Below, piece by piece: positions 45,901 to 55,951 of a stretch of DNA of 64,000 nt. The position numbers and the translations under genes are program-made. The notes below the pieces were generated by a model, which saw nothing but the letters and a program-made list of their open reading frames with translations, had not been told where the DNA came from and made no database searches. Within the stretch, counting starts at the first letter, position 1. Each line of letters opens with the position of its first letter. The DNA lies in the IMG/VR virus record IMGVR_UViG_3300038520_001354, positions 1 to 64,000 of that record. One strand, written 5' to 3'. Origin of the DNA: a virus. Taxonomy: Duplodnaviria; Caudoviricetes.

Positions 45901-48900
45901 TATTAATTTCTATGAAAATGAACCTGAATATAATTACTATGCAACTGCTTACAAAGGAACTGATATAGTAACAGTCAATAAAAGAGGAACGGGTGTTAAT
46001 AACGGCTGGCCTCATGAACAATGTGGATTAATACCAATTACCGGTTCTAATTACTATGATAGAAAGCGGTTTCCTAATACGACTACTTTTAATATAATTA
46101 ATAGATTTAAACATGTAGTTTTACCAAGTTCTTTTGATGAAGAATTTGCAGATACGGCCTTTACCGCATCTCATTCAAAAGCAACTTTTTATCATATAGA
46201 CCCTAATGCAGCAAGATTATTTTTGTTTGTTAATTCTGATAAATATACTTATTCTTCAACGAGAAAGGATAGTTTATTAAGTTCTTCTTCTATCACTCTT
46301 AGTGACTATGGATTAATGAGCATTAAAAAACCTAAAATATCAAATGCTTCTCAAACAAAAGAATCTGTTGTAGGAAACACATTTAGAATGGGGCATTTAG
46401 ATACTTCTTATAATCATAGTAATATATTAAGTTCAGATAAACACCCTACTAATTTAACTAGGTTTGGGCTTATGAGATTAACTGAGTGCGTTTATGATTG
46501 GTTTTGGAATCCTATTAATCCTGAATCGGAAGCAGACTTAAAAAAAGTAATTGAGGGAGAACATAAGAATATTTCGTTTAATCTTGAAAATGTAGGAACT
46601 GCTGCTAGTTTTGCTGCACCTGCTGGTGGACATATGGTTATTACTTTTAATGCTGGACATAGTTGTGCAGTTGGTGATTTTTTAGTTGATGTTTCACCCA
46701 CTTACTCTAATAATTATTTAATAATGGGCGAAGTTACTAATGTTAGCAGTAATGATGTTACAATAACTGCATTAACAAGAACAAGAGAAAGTGGCGGAAC
46801 TGCTTCTATTCATGGAGGAACGGGTGAAGATATTTATGCGATTCGTGCAGCCGATATAGCACTTACAAATAAGGTTACAGGATTTGCTGATGCAGAAACA
46901 ATTATTCCTGAAGGATTAGATGTTAATTTATCTAAATCTATTGTTTTTGGTGGAGGTGCTGACGGAGGAACTTTTGGTTTTAGTTCATCAAGCGATTGGT
47001 TTAAAACATTTAATGGATTAAGTGGATTACCGACATTTTCTAGTGGGGAAGCAATACTTCCTATCTTTTTTGAAGTTGATTCAGTAAATTATACTAATAA
47101 TCCACGAATGGAAAGCAGAACAGTAGCGGTTAGTTGGACAGATGGGGCTAATACTGCATCAGTTCCTAATGCTTCTTTATTAAATTTAGGAGATAGAGTC
47201 GCTTCATATACAAGTTCTTCGGGTGTTGATTTAAACAAAATAAATTATATTTATCACATTACTGCTATTAATACTTCAACAAATGTAATTACATTTAACA
47301 GACCCATAAATAATAATTCGAGTGCCGCAAACGGAACAAATAATTTTGTTTTTATACAAAAAAGAAATACAAATCTTCATCACACTAATGCTTTCTTTAG
47401 ATGGTGGGATATGCAGGGATTAGATAACACACAGGAACTTGGTTATACTGCTGAATTAAATCTTCTTAAAGCAACTATTTTACAAGGTTCTGTAAGTCAA
47501 AGCGGAATATCAGATAATGGGTCAACTATTAGATTAAAAAGTTTAGGATGGAATACAGTTCAAACTGCAAGTAAATCATATACATATCCTCTAGTTAGGG
47601 GAAATGATGCAAGTATTGACTATGGTTATTTTGCTAGTAAAGTAAGAAGCAACACTGATTTTAGTGATACTGAAGTTGATGGTGTTGTATTAGGTATTAA
47701 GATGTCTATTTATGGTGGAGATGTTGGTGGTAGTCTCGGAATAACTGATAACGGTAATGTCAAAGGAAACAATAATGCTACTTTTAGGCAATATCATATA
47801 CCCTTCGATTCAACTAATTCCCAAAGATATAAATATTTACAGTTTGTTGATTTAACAGGATGTTATTTAGTTCCGATAGTAGGAAAAAGAGATGATTCTT
47901 CAGATGTATCAACTACAACGGATGACGATTTAGCAAGTTCTTCTGCACAAAATGTTACCGCTAATGATATAATTTATGTTGTTTCACATGAATATGATAG
48001 TAAACAAACTTCATTTACTCTTGTTTCTAGTGATTTTAACCCGAAGGTTGTTGAAGATGGATGTATTTTAACTTTAGATAAGGCTTTAGTCGATGATACT
48101 CATTATAAAATAATGCAACCGAATCCTGTTGCTTTTTGGCCTGATTCTCCTAACAATATAAATATTAATGAAATGAGCAGTAAATACACTAAACAAGCAG
48201 ATTCAGACAAAATGTATGGTGAAATTAGTGCTTGGGATATAAGAAATGGTAGTGATTCTCTTTCAGATAATAAAGAAAACACTTTAGAAGGGATTCAGTC
48301 AATGTATGTTGTAGTCGATGTGGATAATTTAGGAGGTTCAGATAATACTGTTCTTAAATCATTTACAGAAGTAAATAATGCAATAGGAGACATAAACAAG
48401 GAAGTTTGTATTAGTGATGGTAATACTAAAATCGTTACAAGTTTAGAAACTGATACATCAAATGGTTTTGGTGTAAAATGTGGATTTGGTGAAATAAAAC
48501 AAAAATTAAAGGGAGTTGTTTCTGTTTCAGAAACATTTGAATTGACTGTTGCAGGTGATATAGAAGTTGATGATGAAAGAGCATTAATAGGTAGCACTTT
48601 AAATATAGTAAAGGAAAGCGAAGATTTAGTTGAAGAGTTCCTTGAAGATAATGGAGTGAATTATAATCTTACAAAAGAATCTTATCCTATCTATGCTTCT
48701 CCTGATTTTCAGGGCGCATCCACTTATTCTGTAATTAATTATTTATTGTCGTTAAAAGATAAAAAAATAAATGATGATAGCGGAACTTTAGACATAGAAA
48801 ATACTTCTAATAAAGTAGTTAAGTTTACTTTTACCGATTCAGACATATTAGAATTTAAACAAATTAAGAGTAAATTTAATTTCTATAACGAGGTAACTGT

Positions 48901-49486
48901 TTATGGTGCAGGTTTAAAGTCCACTAGAAAAGACATTAAAAGCATTAAAAAAGACGGAAGAAAAACATTGGAAGTTTTCTTAGAAGAATTGATAACACAG
49001 GAAGATGTTGATAAAAAAGCATATTTGTTATTAAGAATACATAGTGACCCAGAAAGCAATTTAGAATTATCTTTACCTATTGATAGAGTTAAAAATATTA
49101 CAGTAGGAGATATAGTAAATTGTGAAATTAGAGCAGGAAATGTTCCTATGAATCAATACATTATTTTAGAAACAACGCATTCCACTGATGGTATAATCAA
49201 GTTAAAACTAGGCAGATATAGAATAGGCTTAGATGATACCTTTGCAGAACTATTATTGCAAAATAAAAAAGATAAATCATATAATCGAAAGAAAAACTTT
49301 TCAGAAAACGAAAATGATTTTGATTTCTTTAGTTCTGCAAAAATAAAAGAAATGCAATTAACTATTCGTAAAAGGTCTTTATCAGGAACAACGCTTGGGT
49401 TTGAGAATACTTTAAATACGAATGGCAACCAATTAGGTTTCGGTGGCAGCGTCACGCATACAGTTCTCTTGGAGGAAGATTTATGA
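42908..49486 (+). CDS. Giant tail tip/host-recognition protein
   Basis: 2192 aa, S/T/N-rich; VFTGQVE..LEGRN and C-terminal NEVTVYG..VGDIV hub motifs. Confidence 0.75.
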   Translation: MTVTVTGLPTIHNADIDDNYNVPTNPFFTTAIAADTDRVFGVVVEDTTDTTTINEPISSAGLVTEYSNLENTNGFTIRCYNSHTTTGLNLASIDLTVNDFFVLVHSDDANLHHMAKITEIKSADASGDMFEFEPKLGNQIAKDTKFMVFKGPTVSNKVVAITCGLIANPHNDVVCSKPLWYFYNDKLDKKNELNHSTKYLVKMMDANSGASLNLSSPTYTGAFVTINEHRNKIVDYSKFSYNIKTKDLLRTKDDPDSSNSLRHSEGQTKSFNADNYTTSFYNARRSASNEIAATDYTGPHRYLTYATSPNSVNLLPATLNTYVQESIDGKAGFAETKLIDDGNIYSSKLSIGDKYTVRQEIDSGTFEEWVEIATLGTLGASVSNRRSYSIKNTNGLPLDMTKYINSNDEIKIGNRILRVHTVFATAIDVYDFSRLETDSIFDTSTTMDNLAEDSKIYRRRFNATDNTLLVDFDFNDSNYDSLKVVLYSEAYKTTEISVVEPDAGVTSKHKLLFLNQDKNHRGTLNSTRTGLQYARGSYIILNQVFTGQVENIETKIEDGVSYLSLEGRNTLSKLIDPITNKDTVFSEDIIYSSKSPFNDLTSKSATATIAFNSKTISSINPVSSFNKNDKIWAGGFFVGEVSAAVTNSSTVVLYDYPLHEGTGLAISVENNKKYIYNKALASNPLITSSSDLNGASDKGLFFKTGNRLSDSNGVATFNALTEFEPLPASSSSTHANARGYEINKIENILSDSIFSSLIDGYGQDILNTLIDFSIISVIKNNNETIVKLAPYVPLTLGRSQPNYANINDAGTYTSLGTCIDFVDGASSGLGASFTSANANKNISHIDIHPTPSSAQKTALMKLKAGDALYTSTDFIGRVAVSMAASDTIILESPVPPSLVALKEIFVHNISSASDKKQHDLMLTNAEHLHGGKLITLLGPKNKILNYEIYNNGSEHTYYDTFGASMFRLLSIEKGNIGPTFSFLRGEHNGDVDNRNLPNINFYENEPEYNYYATAYKGTDIVTVNKRGTGVNNGWPHEQCGLIPITGSNYYDRKRFPNTTTFNIINRFKHVVLPSSFDEEFADTAFTASHSKATFYHIDPNAARLFLFVNSDKYTYSSTRKDSLLSSSSITLSDYGLMSIKKPKISNASQTKESVVGNTFRMGHLDTSYNHSNILSSDKHPTNLTRFGLMRLTECVYDWFWNPINPESEADLKKVIEGEHKNISFNLENVGTAASFAAPAGGHMVITFNAGHSCAVGDFLVDVSPTYSNNYLIMGEVTNVSSNDVTITALTRTRESGGTASIHGGTGEDIYAIRAADIALTNKVTGFADAETIIPEGLDVNLSKSIVFGGGADGGTFGFSSSSDWFKTFNGLSGLPTFSSGEAILPIFFEVDSVNYTNNPRMESRTVAVSWTDGANTASVPNASLLNLGDRVASYTSSSGVDLNKINYIYHITAINTSTNVITFNRPINNNSSAANGTNNFVFIQKRNTNLHHTNAFFRWWDMQGLDNTQELGYTAELNLLKATILQGSVSQSGISDNGSTIRLKSLGWNTVQTASKSYTYPLVRGNDASIDYGYFASKVRSNTDFSDTEVDGVVLGIKMSIYGGDVGGSLGITDNGNVKGNNNATFRQYHIPFDSTNSQRYKYLQFVDLTGCYLVPIVGKRDDSSDVSTTTDDDLASSSAQNVTANDIIYVVSHEYDSKQTSFTLVSSDFNPKVVEDGCILTLDKALVDDTHYKIMQPNPVAFWPDSPNNININEMSSKYTKQADSDKMYGEISAWDIRNGSDSLSDNKENTLEGIQSMYVVVDVDNLGGSDNTVLKSFTEVNNAIGDINKEVCISDGNTKIVTSLETDTSNGFGVKCGFGEIKQKLKGVVSVSETFELTVAGDIEVDDERALIGSTLNIVKESEDLVEEFLEDNGVNYNLTKESYPIYASPDFQGASTYSVINYLLSLKDKKINDDSGTLDIENTSNKVVKFTFTDSDILEFKQIKSKFNFYNEVTVYGAGLKSTRKDIKSIKKDGRKTLEVFLEELITQEDVDKKAYLLLRIHSDPESNLELSLPIDRVKNITVGDIVNCEIRAGNVPMNQYIILETTHSTDGIIKLKLGRYRIGLDDTFAELLLQNKKDKSYNRKKNFSENENDFDFFSSAKIKEMQLTIRKRSLSGTTLGFENTLNTNGNQLGFGGSVTHTVLLEEDL

Positions 49487-49830
49487 TAACAGATAAAGCA
49501 AGGAATTTATTAGCAAATCATCTAAAAACTCTTATTACCGCAGGTGAAGGTAAAATAGGATTAGGTGGAAATAACACAAGTCCAGCCGCCACTACTTTAG
49601 ATACAGCAATTACAGGAATTACCGTTACTAAGAGTATTGATGTAACAGATGAAAATGTTGTGCAAGTTAAATTAGAAATACTAGGTAGTGCAATATCTGG
49701 AAAAGTAATAAGAGAAGTCGGGCTATTTGATAGTGTTCCTAATATGCTTCAAAGATTTAATTTTGATGGAGTTGGGCCATTTAGTTCAACAGAAAGACTA
49801 CAAATATTCATAACGATGGAGATTGAGTAA
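49483..49830 (+). CDS. Minor tail protein
   Basis: IGLG...IREVGLF motif typical of tail fibre anchoring domains. Confidence 0.6.
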   Translation: MITDKARNLLANHLKTLITAGEGKIGLGGNNTSPAATTLDTAITGITVTKSIDVTDENVVQVKLEILGSAISGKVIREVGLFDSVPNMLQRFNFDGVGPFSSTERLQIFITMEIE

Positions 49831-49831
49831 A

Positions 49832-51130
49832 ATGACAGAACAAAATCCTTATTTTTATAGTAGGTTATCCACAACACCTACAACGCAAATAGAAGATAGT
49901 GAAGATAATCCACATACAGGATTAATAAAAGCACTATCAGTAGGAATGACAGGAAATTATGCAATAAGGGCAGGTAATGAATTTGATATTACTATTGCTT
50001 CTGCTTCAACTGTTACAGTTGCTTCGGGTGTAGTATTTAGAGATGGTGCATATCAAGCCGTTAATGCTACAAGTAGTCCATTAACACTAGGAACTGCTGC
50101 CGCTAATTCAACTTATTCATTAATAGTAGTTGATTCGTCAAATGCTTTAGCCATTAGAACTACTTCTAATACCAATAAAGTTCCGGCATATACTTTAGAA
50201 GATATTCCTATTGCATTAGTGCTATATACAGACAATCAAGCAACAACAGAAGTTCAATTCTTAACTACTAATAAAATGGCAAATTCTGTTTCTCTTGGTT
50301 ATAAAGATTCAAATGCCTTTACTGAAGGTATGACAATGAGTGCTGATTCTAATAGAACCTTACTTAAAAATAAAGGCGCAACAAGAGATGTTAGAGTTAT
50401 ATTAGGAGATGACAATGTTAATGCTAAGTTTGAAATTTATCAAGATTCTGATTCAGATGGAGATGAAGGGGATGATGAATTATTTAGCGTTAAAGCAAGT
50501 AGTGGAGAAATTGCTATGAAGAATGGCGCACTATTAAGAAACCCTGATGCTAATAACTTTACTATTGTTGAAAACCAAGTTAATTTAGGAGGAAATACTT
50601 TAACTATTGGGGCTGCTTCGCAATTTACAGTTGAAAGTTCTTCAAGTGATATGATAATAAGTAATACTGTTAATGATAAGGTTATACAATTTAGTGTTAA
50701 AGATGATGGCGGCACTTCAAGAACCGCTTCATTTACTGCTGTTACGCACGATAATAATATTCAATTAAAAGGAGTTGAAGAAGTTATTATTGTTGCCTTA
50801 TCTGATGAAACAACTGATTTAACAACAGGAACAGGAAAAGCGTCTTTTCATATGCCTTTTGCCATGACTTTAACTAAAGTAAAGGCTTCTGTAAATACTG
50901 CACCTACGGGTGCATCTATTATAGTTGATATTAATGAAGCAGGTAGCACAATTTTTTCAACTCAATCTAATCGCCCTACTATTGCCGCAAGCGGAACAAC
51001 AGCAAATGCGGCTGGTATTAATGATACTGCTTTAGCCGATAACGCTTTAATTACTTTCGATATAGACCAAGTAGGGTCAAGCGCAAAAGGAAAGGGATTG
51101 AAAGTTACATTATATGGATATAGGACATGA
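49832..51130 (+). CDS. Tail fibre-like protein
   Basis: VTVASG N-terminal domain; C-terminal TAPTGASIIVDIN..DIDQVGS..GLKV domain. Confidence 0.65.
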   Translation: MTEQNPYFYSRLSTTPTTQIEDSEDNPHTGLIKALSVGMTGNYAIRAGNEFDITIASASTVTVASGVVFRDGAYQAVNATSSPLTLGTAAANSTYSLIVVDSSNALAIRTTSNTNKVPAYTLEDIPIALVLYTDNQATTEVQFLTTNKMANSVSLGYKDSNAFTEGMTMSADSNRTLLKNKGATRDVRVILGDDNVNAKFEIYQDSDSDGDEGDDELFSVKASSGEIAMKNGALLRNPDANNFTIVENQVNLGGNTLTIGAASQFTVESSSSDMIISNTVNDKVIQFSVKDDGGTSRTASFTAVTHDNNIQLKGVEEVIIVALSDETTDLTTGTGKASFHMPFAMTLTKVKASVNTAPTGASIIVDINEAGSTIFSTQSNRPTIAASGTTANAAGINDTALADNALITFDIDQVGSSAKGKGLKVTLYGYRT

Positions 51131-51134
51131 TATT

Positions 51135-51575
51135 ATGGGAATAATTATAATTAATTCTTATGCACATGGAGTCGCTTCGGTTCCTTTAGCAGCCTCAAAT
51201 GATGCCGGAAGTTATATCCCCGATGTTGATATGTCAGATGTAGCAACAGGCTCAATTGTTAGTTTTACTACGCCTAATGGCGCATTAAGCGCAACAGTCA
51301 TTCCAAGTGGAGGAAGTGGAAGTTATACCTTTTCTTGGACATTAACTAAAGTTCAAGAAAATAGTTTGCCTTTACACCCAAGTTTTCCCTTTTTCTCAGT
51401 TAATACAATAGGTGCAACTAATACAAATACTTTAGCCCCTACAATAGATGGCGCAAGGGGCGCAAATGGCGGAGATGTTTTTGATGCTGAGTTTTTAGCA
51501 CGATGCACTGTAAGTGATGGAGTATCGACTGTTGTTGTTGATATTCCTTTTACCGTTATGGCGGCATCGTTCTGA
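51135..51575 (+). CDS. Ig-like virion protein
   Basis: SGGSGSYTFSW..CTVSDG. Confidence 0.6.
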   Translation: MGIIIINSYAHGVASVPLAASNDAGSYIPDVDMSDVATGSIVSFTTPNGALSATVIPSGGSGSYTFSWTLTKVQENSLPLHPSFPFFSVNTIGATNTNTLAPTIDGARGANGGDVFDAEFLARCTVSDGVSTVVVDIPFTVMAASF

Positions 51576-51631
51576 TTTAGCCCATATAAATTATAATAAG
51601 CGAAATAAAAAATTGGAATTTTTAAAAAACC

Positions 51632-51676
51632 AAAAAAAAATGAGGGAGGCCGAAGCCCCCCTCAAATTGTTTTTTC
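51632..51676 (-). terminator. Hairpin terminator with cUUCGg tetraloop, probably bidirectional
   Basis: Minus strand TGAGGGGGGC-TTCG-GCCTCCCTCA then T9; T-rich tract also on + side; sits at convergence of the two gene blocks. Confidence 0.85.
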
Positions 51677-51805
51677 AGACCATATTCCGTTACAGGCACG
51701 ACACTCCCACAATTTAACTTGTTGGGGCGAACCTACATAAAATCCAAGTAGCCTTCTTGCAACGGTTGACTCGTTACAATAAGGACAAACTTGTTTTAAT
51801 GCCAT
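51662..51805 (-). CDS. 47-aa zinc-ribbon protein (not in ORF track)
   Basis: MALKQVCPYC...WECRACNGIW. Confidence 0.75.
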   Translation of the reverse strand: MALKQVCPYCNESTVARRLLGFYVGSPQQVKLWECRACNGIWSEKTI

Positions 51806-51809
51806 ATAA

Positions 51810-51956
51810 TCACTTTCTATTTTCTTCGCCCATCAGACGCTTCATATATTCTTCAACGCTTTCATCGGTGATATTAGTTCCACCAAATGCCGCAAAGAAC
51901 AAAAGCATCAGAACAACGAGAAATACAAATAAACCAAACCATTCCCAGCCTGTCAT
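51810..51956 (-). CDS. 48-aa single-TM protein (not in ORF track)
   Basis: MTGWEWFGLFVFLVVLMLLFFAAFGG... Confidence 0.75.
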   Translation of the reverse strand: MTGWEWFGLFVFLVVLMLLFFAAFGGTNITDESVEEYMKRLMGEENRK

Positions 51957-52549
51957 TACCATTTCACCTCTAATTCTTTATGTTCACCTTTTTCTAAAGA
52001 AAAGGCTTTAACTATTCCATTTTCTTGACCGTATTTCCACAAGTCAAATACTAATTGAGTATCTTTCATGCAATACTCAACGACTTCATCATATTGCCCC
52101 ATTTTCCATAACTTAGGCGCATCTGCACTATCCATTAGTTTAGCATCATTCATAGTGCATTTTACAAGATTTTTTAACTGAAATCTTTCACCATGCTCTT
52201 TCATCAAGATTCTTGAAGTATCTATAAACTTTTCATTTTTTAAGTATTTATTTATACAAAAAATATCCATAGAATCCCTAAGAATAGGCAAATCAAATGC
52301 TTTGATATTATGTCCTAATAGGACTCCGCCCTTCTCTAAATGATTATCTAAATCATATTTTAGTTCAGATAATGGTTTAATTATGTGTCCAGACTTTGCA
52401 AATGAATCAACTGCTTCATCAACATAAACAGTTCCATTTGCGCCATCCCATGTAGCAACTGTTGATACTTGAAACATATGGGTATTACTAAACCCACCTA
52501 TGTCATAAGACATATTTTTAGTTTCTAAGTCAATTGCTAACACTGACAT
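51956..52549 (-). CDS. DEDD/RNase H-like 3'-5' exonuclease
   Basis: IDLET, GHNIKAFD, YCMKD. Confidence 0.85.
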   Translation of the reverse strand: MSVLAIDLETKNMSYDIGGFSNTHMFQVSTVATWDGANGTVYVDEAVDSFAKSGHIIKPLSELKYDLDNHLEKGGVLLGHNIKAFDLPILRDSMDIFCINKYLKNEKFIDTSRILMKEHGERFQLKNLVKCTMNDAKLMDSADAPKLWKMGQYDEVVEYCMKDTQLVFDLWKYGQENGIVKAFSLEKGEHKELEVKW

Positions 52550-52550
52550 A

Positions 52551-52778
52551 TTACTCACCATTAGACCAAAGTTTAGAAATCTTTTCTGTTTCTTTATCCA
52601 CTTTCGGTTTTTCATCTATATCTGTTCTTCTTTTTAGAAAACAAACAATCTGAGAACCAGCAACGATTAATTGAGAACAACATTCCCAACCATCGTCACC
52701 ATAAGTGTTTAAAGTTTCAATAATTACCTTTGGCCCTTTTGCTACTTCAAATACTAAATAGGTATTCTCCCATTTCAT
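52551..52778 (-). CDS. DUF4177-like small protein
   Basis: KWE...LNTYGDDGWE..FLKR. Confidence 0.6.
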   Translation of the reverse strand: MKWENTYLVFEVAKGPKVIIETLNTYGDDGWECCSQLIVAGSQIVCFLKRRTDIDEKPKVDKETEKISKLWSNGE

Positions 52779-54238
52779 TCTTCATCACCTTTTATTAACC
52801 TAACATAAGTTCTATTACCGCTACCTTTTTCTTCTTCAAACTTGTGTCTAACCACTTCATAATGTCTATACACTTGCGCTCTTGACTTTTTAGCCTTGTT
52901 ACGAACTTCTGTTAGGAGTGTTGTTTTATTGACGAAACCTTGCTCATCTTTCTTTATTTTGTTAAATACTTCTATAAAGACTGATTCAAGCGAATTTTCT
53001 GCGATGCTTTGTCGCTTTACCCGTAGGCTTCGCTCAAGCCAATCAACCAATGTCATATAACACTGTCGGACAATAGTAGCCGCTTGACGGACATTATGCC
53101 CTGTAACAACGAATTGTTTATCTTTTTCTTTGATTGATGGTGCAGAAGCGACACTACAAAGAACAGACATTTTATACAGTATTTTCATCAAACGGGTGGT
53201 AAAATTACCCGCTATTTTTGCAACATCGGTTCTAGTGTTTTGTAAATACATACGCATACTTTCATATTCTAATTTCAATACTTGGTTGAAATCTTCAGTA
53301 TATTTCATAGTTTTAAGTGGGTCGCCGCCTACTTCATTAAATCTTTCTTGAGTTAATTTATAGAGTTTAAATAAACCTTCAGAATATCTTTCAATTGGCT
53401 GATTAACTTCTTCAACTGTTCCTGCCTTTTCTATTTGCTCTAATCTCATTTTATGCTGAATAAACTCAGGAACTTCCCAAACATACAATAGCATTCTCTG
53501 AAGAACACCTTTTTCAGCCATAATTTCATTTAAGTTAGATGGAGGATAAGTCATAGCCAATACTGAACGCTCACAGAAACATTCCATAATCATACCGCCA
53601 AAAGAAGTTAATGCTTTTGAAATAATCCAAGATTCACCGGCTAATGAGTTCATTAGAGTATTTAGATACACGATTGAATTTTCTTTATGCTGGCTTTGTT
53701 TAAAGATTCCAGAATACTCAAATTCATCCCAATGAGCAAGTCCATTACCTTCTAAAACTCCCGGTCTTCTATTATAGAGGATTTCTCCCTCATCATCAAC
53801 TTCTTTATCATATCCACCAATAAGAACTGAATCGGTATAATCAGTCACACCAAAAACATCAAAGATTCTATTCATTGGAATATTTTCTTTGACAAAAGGA
53901 GGATGCCTGTTATATTCATTAATTCTCTTAAATACTCCTTGAGCAACCGGCCCAACAAAATTATATAATGTTGATTTTCCTGTTCCTGAAGTTTGAACCC
54001 AACAAAAGTGAACTCTTGTATCTTCGTGGTTTCTTCCATTTGGAATAATAATAAAATCTTTACAAATCTGTCCTAAGATAGTAAAGAAACTTATTCCTGC
54101 CGGTATATCATTATAGTGAGATACTTCAACTGCTGATTTTTGAAACTCTCTAACAATAGCCGGTAATGCTTCGCTAAATACACCTGCATTTTCTTCAAAT
54201 GCAGCCATATATTCTTCTTCATTATAATCTTCATTCAT
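52775..54238 (-). CDS. MCM-like AAA+ helicase
   Basis: Walker A TSGTGKS, Walker B AHWDE after PGVL; C-terminal wHTH. Confidence 0.75.
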   Translation of the reverse strand: MNEDYNEEEYMAAFEENAGVFSEALPAIVREFQKSAVEVSHYNDIPAGISFFTILGQICKDFIIIPNGRNHEDTRVHFCWVQTSGTGKSTLYNFVGPVAQGVFKRINEYNRHPPFVKENIPMNRIFDVFGVTDYTDSVLIGGYDKEVDDEGEILYNRRPGVLEGNGLAHWDEFEYSGIFKQSQHKENSIVYLNTLMNSLAGESWIISKALTSFGGMIMECFCERSVLAMTYPPSNLNEIMAEKGVLQRMLLYVWEVPEFIQHKMRLEQIEKAGTVEEVNQPIERYSEGLFKLYKLTQERFNEVGGDPLKTMKYTEDFNQVLKLEYESMRMYLQNTRTDVAKIAGNFTTRLMKILYKMSVLCSVASAPSIKEKDKQFVVTGHNVRQAATIVRQCYMTLVDWLERSLRVKRQSIAENSLESVFIEVFNKIKKDEQGFVNKTTLLTEVRNKAKKSRAQVYRHYEVVRHKFEEEKGSGNRTYVRLIKGDEE

Positions 54239-54924
54239 ATTTTCACCTTCTCTTCTGAGTGTAATGTGGAGAGTATTCTTTTGGCTAAGGTTTCTCCAAT
54301 ACCTTCAATTGACTGTAATTCAAATTCTGAACATTCGCCTATTTCCATTATAGAACCAAATTGTTTTATTAATTCTTTTGCTTTCTTTATTGATACGCCT
54401 TTTATACTGCTTAGTAAATCTAATCTTAAATCGTCTGTTGTGATTCTTTTAAATATTTGTGGTGCTATTGTATCTCTAGTCAATGGTTTCATTTTACTTA
54501 CTGCGGTTATTATTAATGCTGCTTCTTCTTCTGTTTTTACCCAAAAGGGTTTAATATCTGTATCTAATACTATTCTTCCTACTGCCCCTAGAAATTTATT
54601 ATTTAACATAATACTTCTTGAGCCAATTGGTGTATTACTTGGAGAATTAGTTATTATGTTATGTATTGCTTCATCTAATTCACCATAGATAATAACGACA
54701 TTAGTTTGATAATGTCTATCCATATTATCTAATTGTGTCCATAATCTTTTGGACATTACTGAACCTAAGAAATCTGTTGCTGATTTTGCTTCAAAACAAA
54801 CATCATCATAAACATAATCACCTATTTCAATCCAACGCTTTTCATGTTTAATTTGTAATGCGTGTGCTTTTTGCATCACTAATTTTGAAAGTCTTGAATT
54901 TTCTCTTGAATCAATTATTAGCAT
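54235..54924 (-). CDS. XPF/ERCC4 (Hef-like) nuclease with HhH motifs
   Basis: IIDSRE, GDY, EAKS..DF; IKGVS and IEGIG HhH. Confidence 0.9.
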   Translation of the reverse strand: MLIIDSRENSRLSKLVMQKAHALQIKHEKRWIEIGDYVYDDVCFEAKSATDFLGSVMSKRLWTQLDNMDRHYQTNVVIIYGELDEAIHNIITNSPSNTPIGSRSIMLNNKFLGAVGRIVLDTDIKPFWVKTEEEAALIITAVSKMKPLTRDTIAPQIFKRITTDDLRLDLLSSIKGVSIKKAKELIKQFGSIMEIGECSEFELQSIEGIGETLAKRILSTLHSEEKVKI

Positions 54925-55951
54925 CGTGATACCTCCAACATTTACCAACACAATATCCTTCACTTATGAGTTTATCACAATGCGGAGTATTATAATTATT
55001 GAACACTGTAAATCTTGCGTGTTTTTTGGTTTCTAATTTATCCCAATCTAACCATACTGTATCTGAATTAGCAAATACTCTTTCTAGTTCTTCAACTATT
55101 AACTCAAGAGTTTTCATTTTTTCTTCTCCTGAAACTAAATCACGATACCCCGAAATCAAATCTCTATACCAAGATACTAAGTATGCTCTTGACATATGCG
55201 AAGGATTCTCCGTCATAACGGCATTATGCAAACAGGGCAACATTGGAAGTTTCCCTATCGTATTCGGCACAGAAACTTCGCCCTCTATTGCCTTGATTGG
55301 GGGGGCATCGGGAAATGTGACCTCATTTTTTCCACCCTTCTTGAAAGGAATAAGGCGGGGTCTTTGGGCTAAAGTAAGAATAGCCTCTAAGTCTTTAGAA
55401 AGGTCATCAATTGTTAACGGAATACAATAATAGGGATTACCGTTCTTATCAGAAGAAGACATATTTACTGTATTAGGAACTCTTCTAAGTCTTGTTGTTT
55501 GTCCTACTCTATCATCAAGAGTATTGTTTTTACCAACTTTAGAAACCAAATATTCTTTTATTTCTTTAAATAAAACTTGAACGCTTCTCATGTCTTTTGC
55601 TCGCTTACCAAATAAGAATAAATGAAATCCTCTTCCCGAAAAGAAAAGAGTATGTAAATAATTTTTATTTACTACCAATTCCATCACCTGTTTTACATCA
55701 CGCCAAGCCATTTGTAAATTATCTGAATGAGCATCAAAATCTAAAAATATTCTATCAATAATAACTGAGGATTCTATCTTTGCTTTTTCTGAAAAATGTT
55801 CAAAGTCGTAAACGGTTGTATAAACATTTGTCCTATTATTTTGAGCGTTAACAAAGATAGCATAATCATTCCTCGATAAGACGACTTTTCTTTTCATTTG
55901 TGGGGCGTTCTTTATGTGACTCCCTGCCCACACTTCTCTCGGATATTTCAT
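54911..55951 (-). CDS. Archaeo-eukaryotic primase, PriS fused to PriL-like Fe-S domain
   Basis: LDFD, SGRGFH, RLRRVPNT; C-terminal LPC...HC...YC..KC. Confidence 0.88.
   Translation of the reverse strand: MKYPREVWAGSHIKNAPQMKRKVVLSRNDYAIFVNAQNNRTNVYTTVYDFEHFSEKAKIESSVIIDRIFLDFDAHSDNLQMAWRDVKQVMELVVNKNYLHTLFFSGRGFHLFLFGKRAKDMRSVQVLFKEIKEYLVSKVGKNNTLDDRVGQTTRLRRVPNTVNMSSSDKNGNPYYCIPLTIDDLSKDLEAILTLAQRPRLIPFKKGGKNEVTFPDAPPIKAIEGEVSVPNTIGKLPMLPCLHNAVMTENPSHMSRAYLVSWYRDLISGYRDLVSGEEKMKTLELIVEELERVFANSDTVWLDWDKLETKKHARFTVFNNYNTPHCDKLISEGYCVGKCWRYHDANN

Noticed and set aside
233-50715. Many short - strand ORFs in the track within the + strand block (e.g. 8538-8927, 32813-33286, 39906-40337)
   Set aside because: Antisense shadows of long, SD-supported genes; S/F/L-rich composition expected from reverse-complemented K/E codons
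51514-52011. + strand ORFs 51514-51717 and 51757-52011
   Set aside because: They cross the terminator or overlap better-supported - strand Zn-ribbon and TM genes
52551-52778. MKWENTYL start as another leader copy
   Set aside because: Lacks the hydrophobic-hydrophobic-Lys end; W-E belongs to the DUF4177-like domain; lies in the replication block
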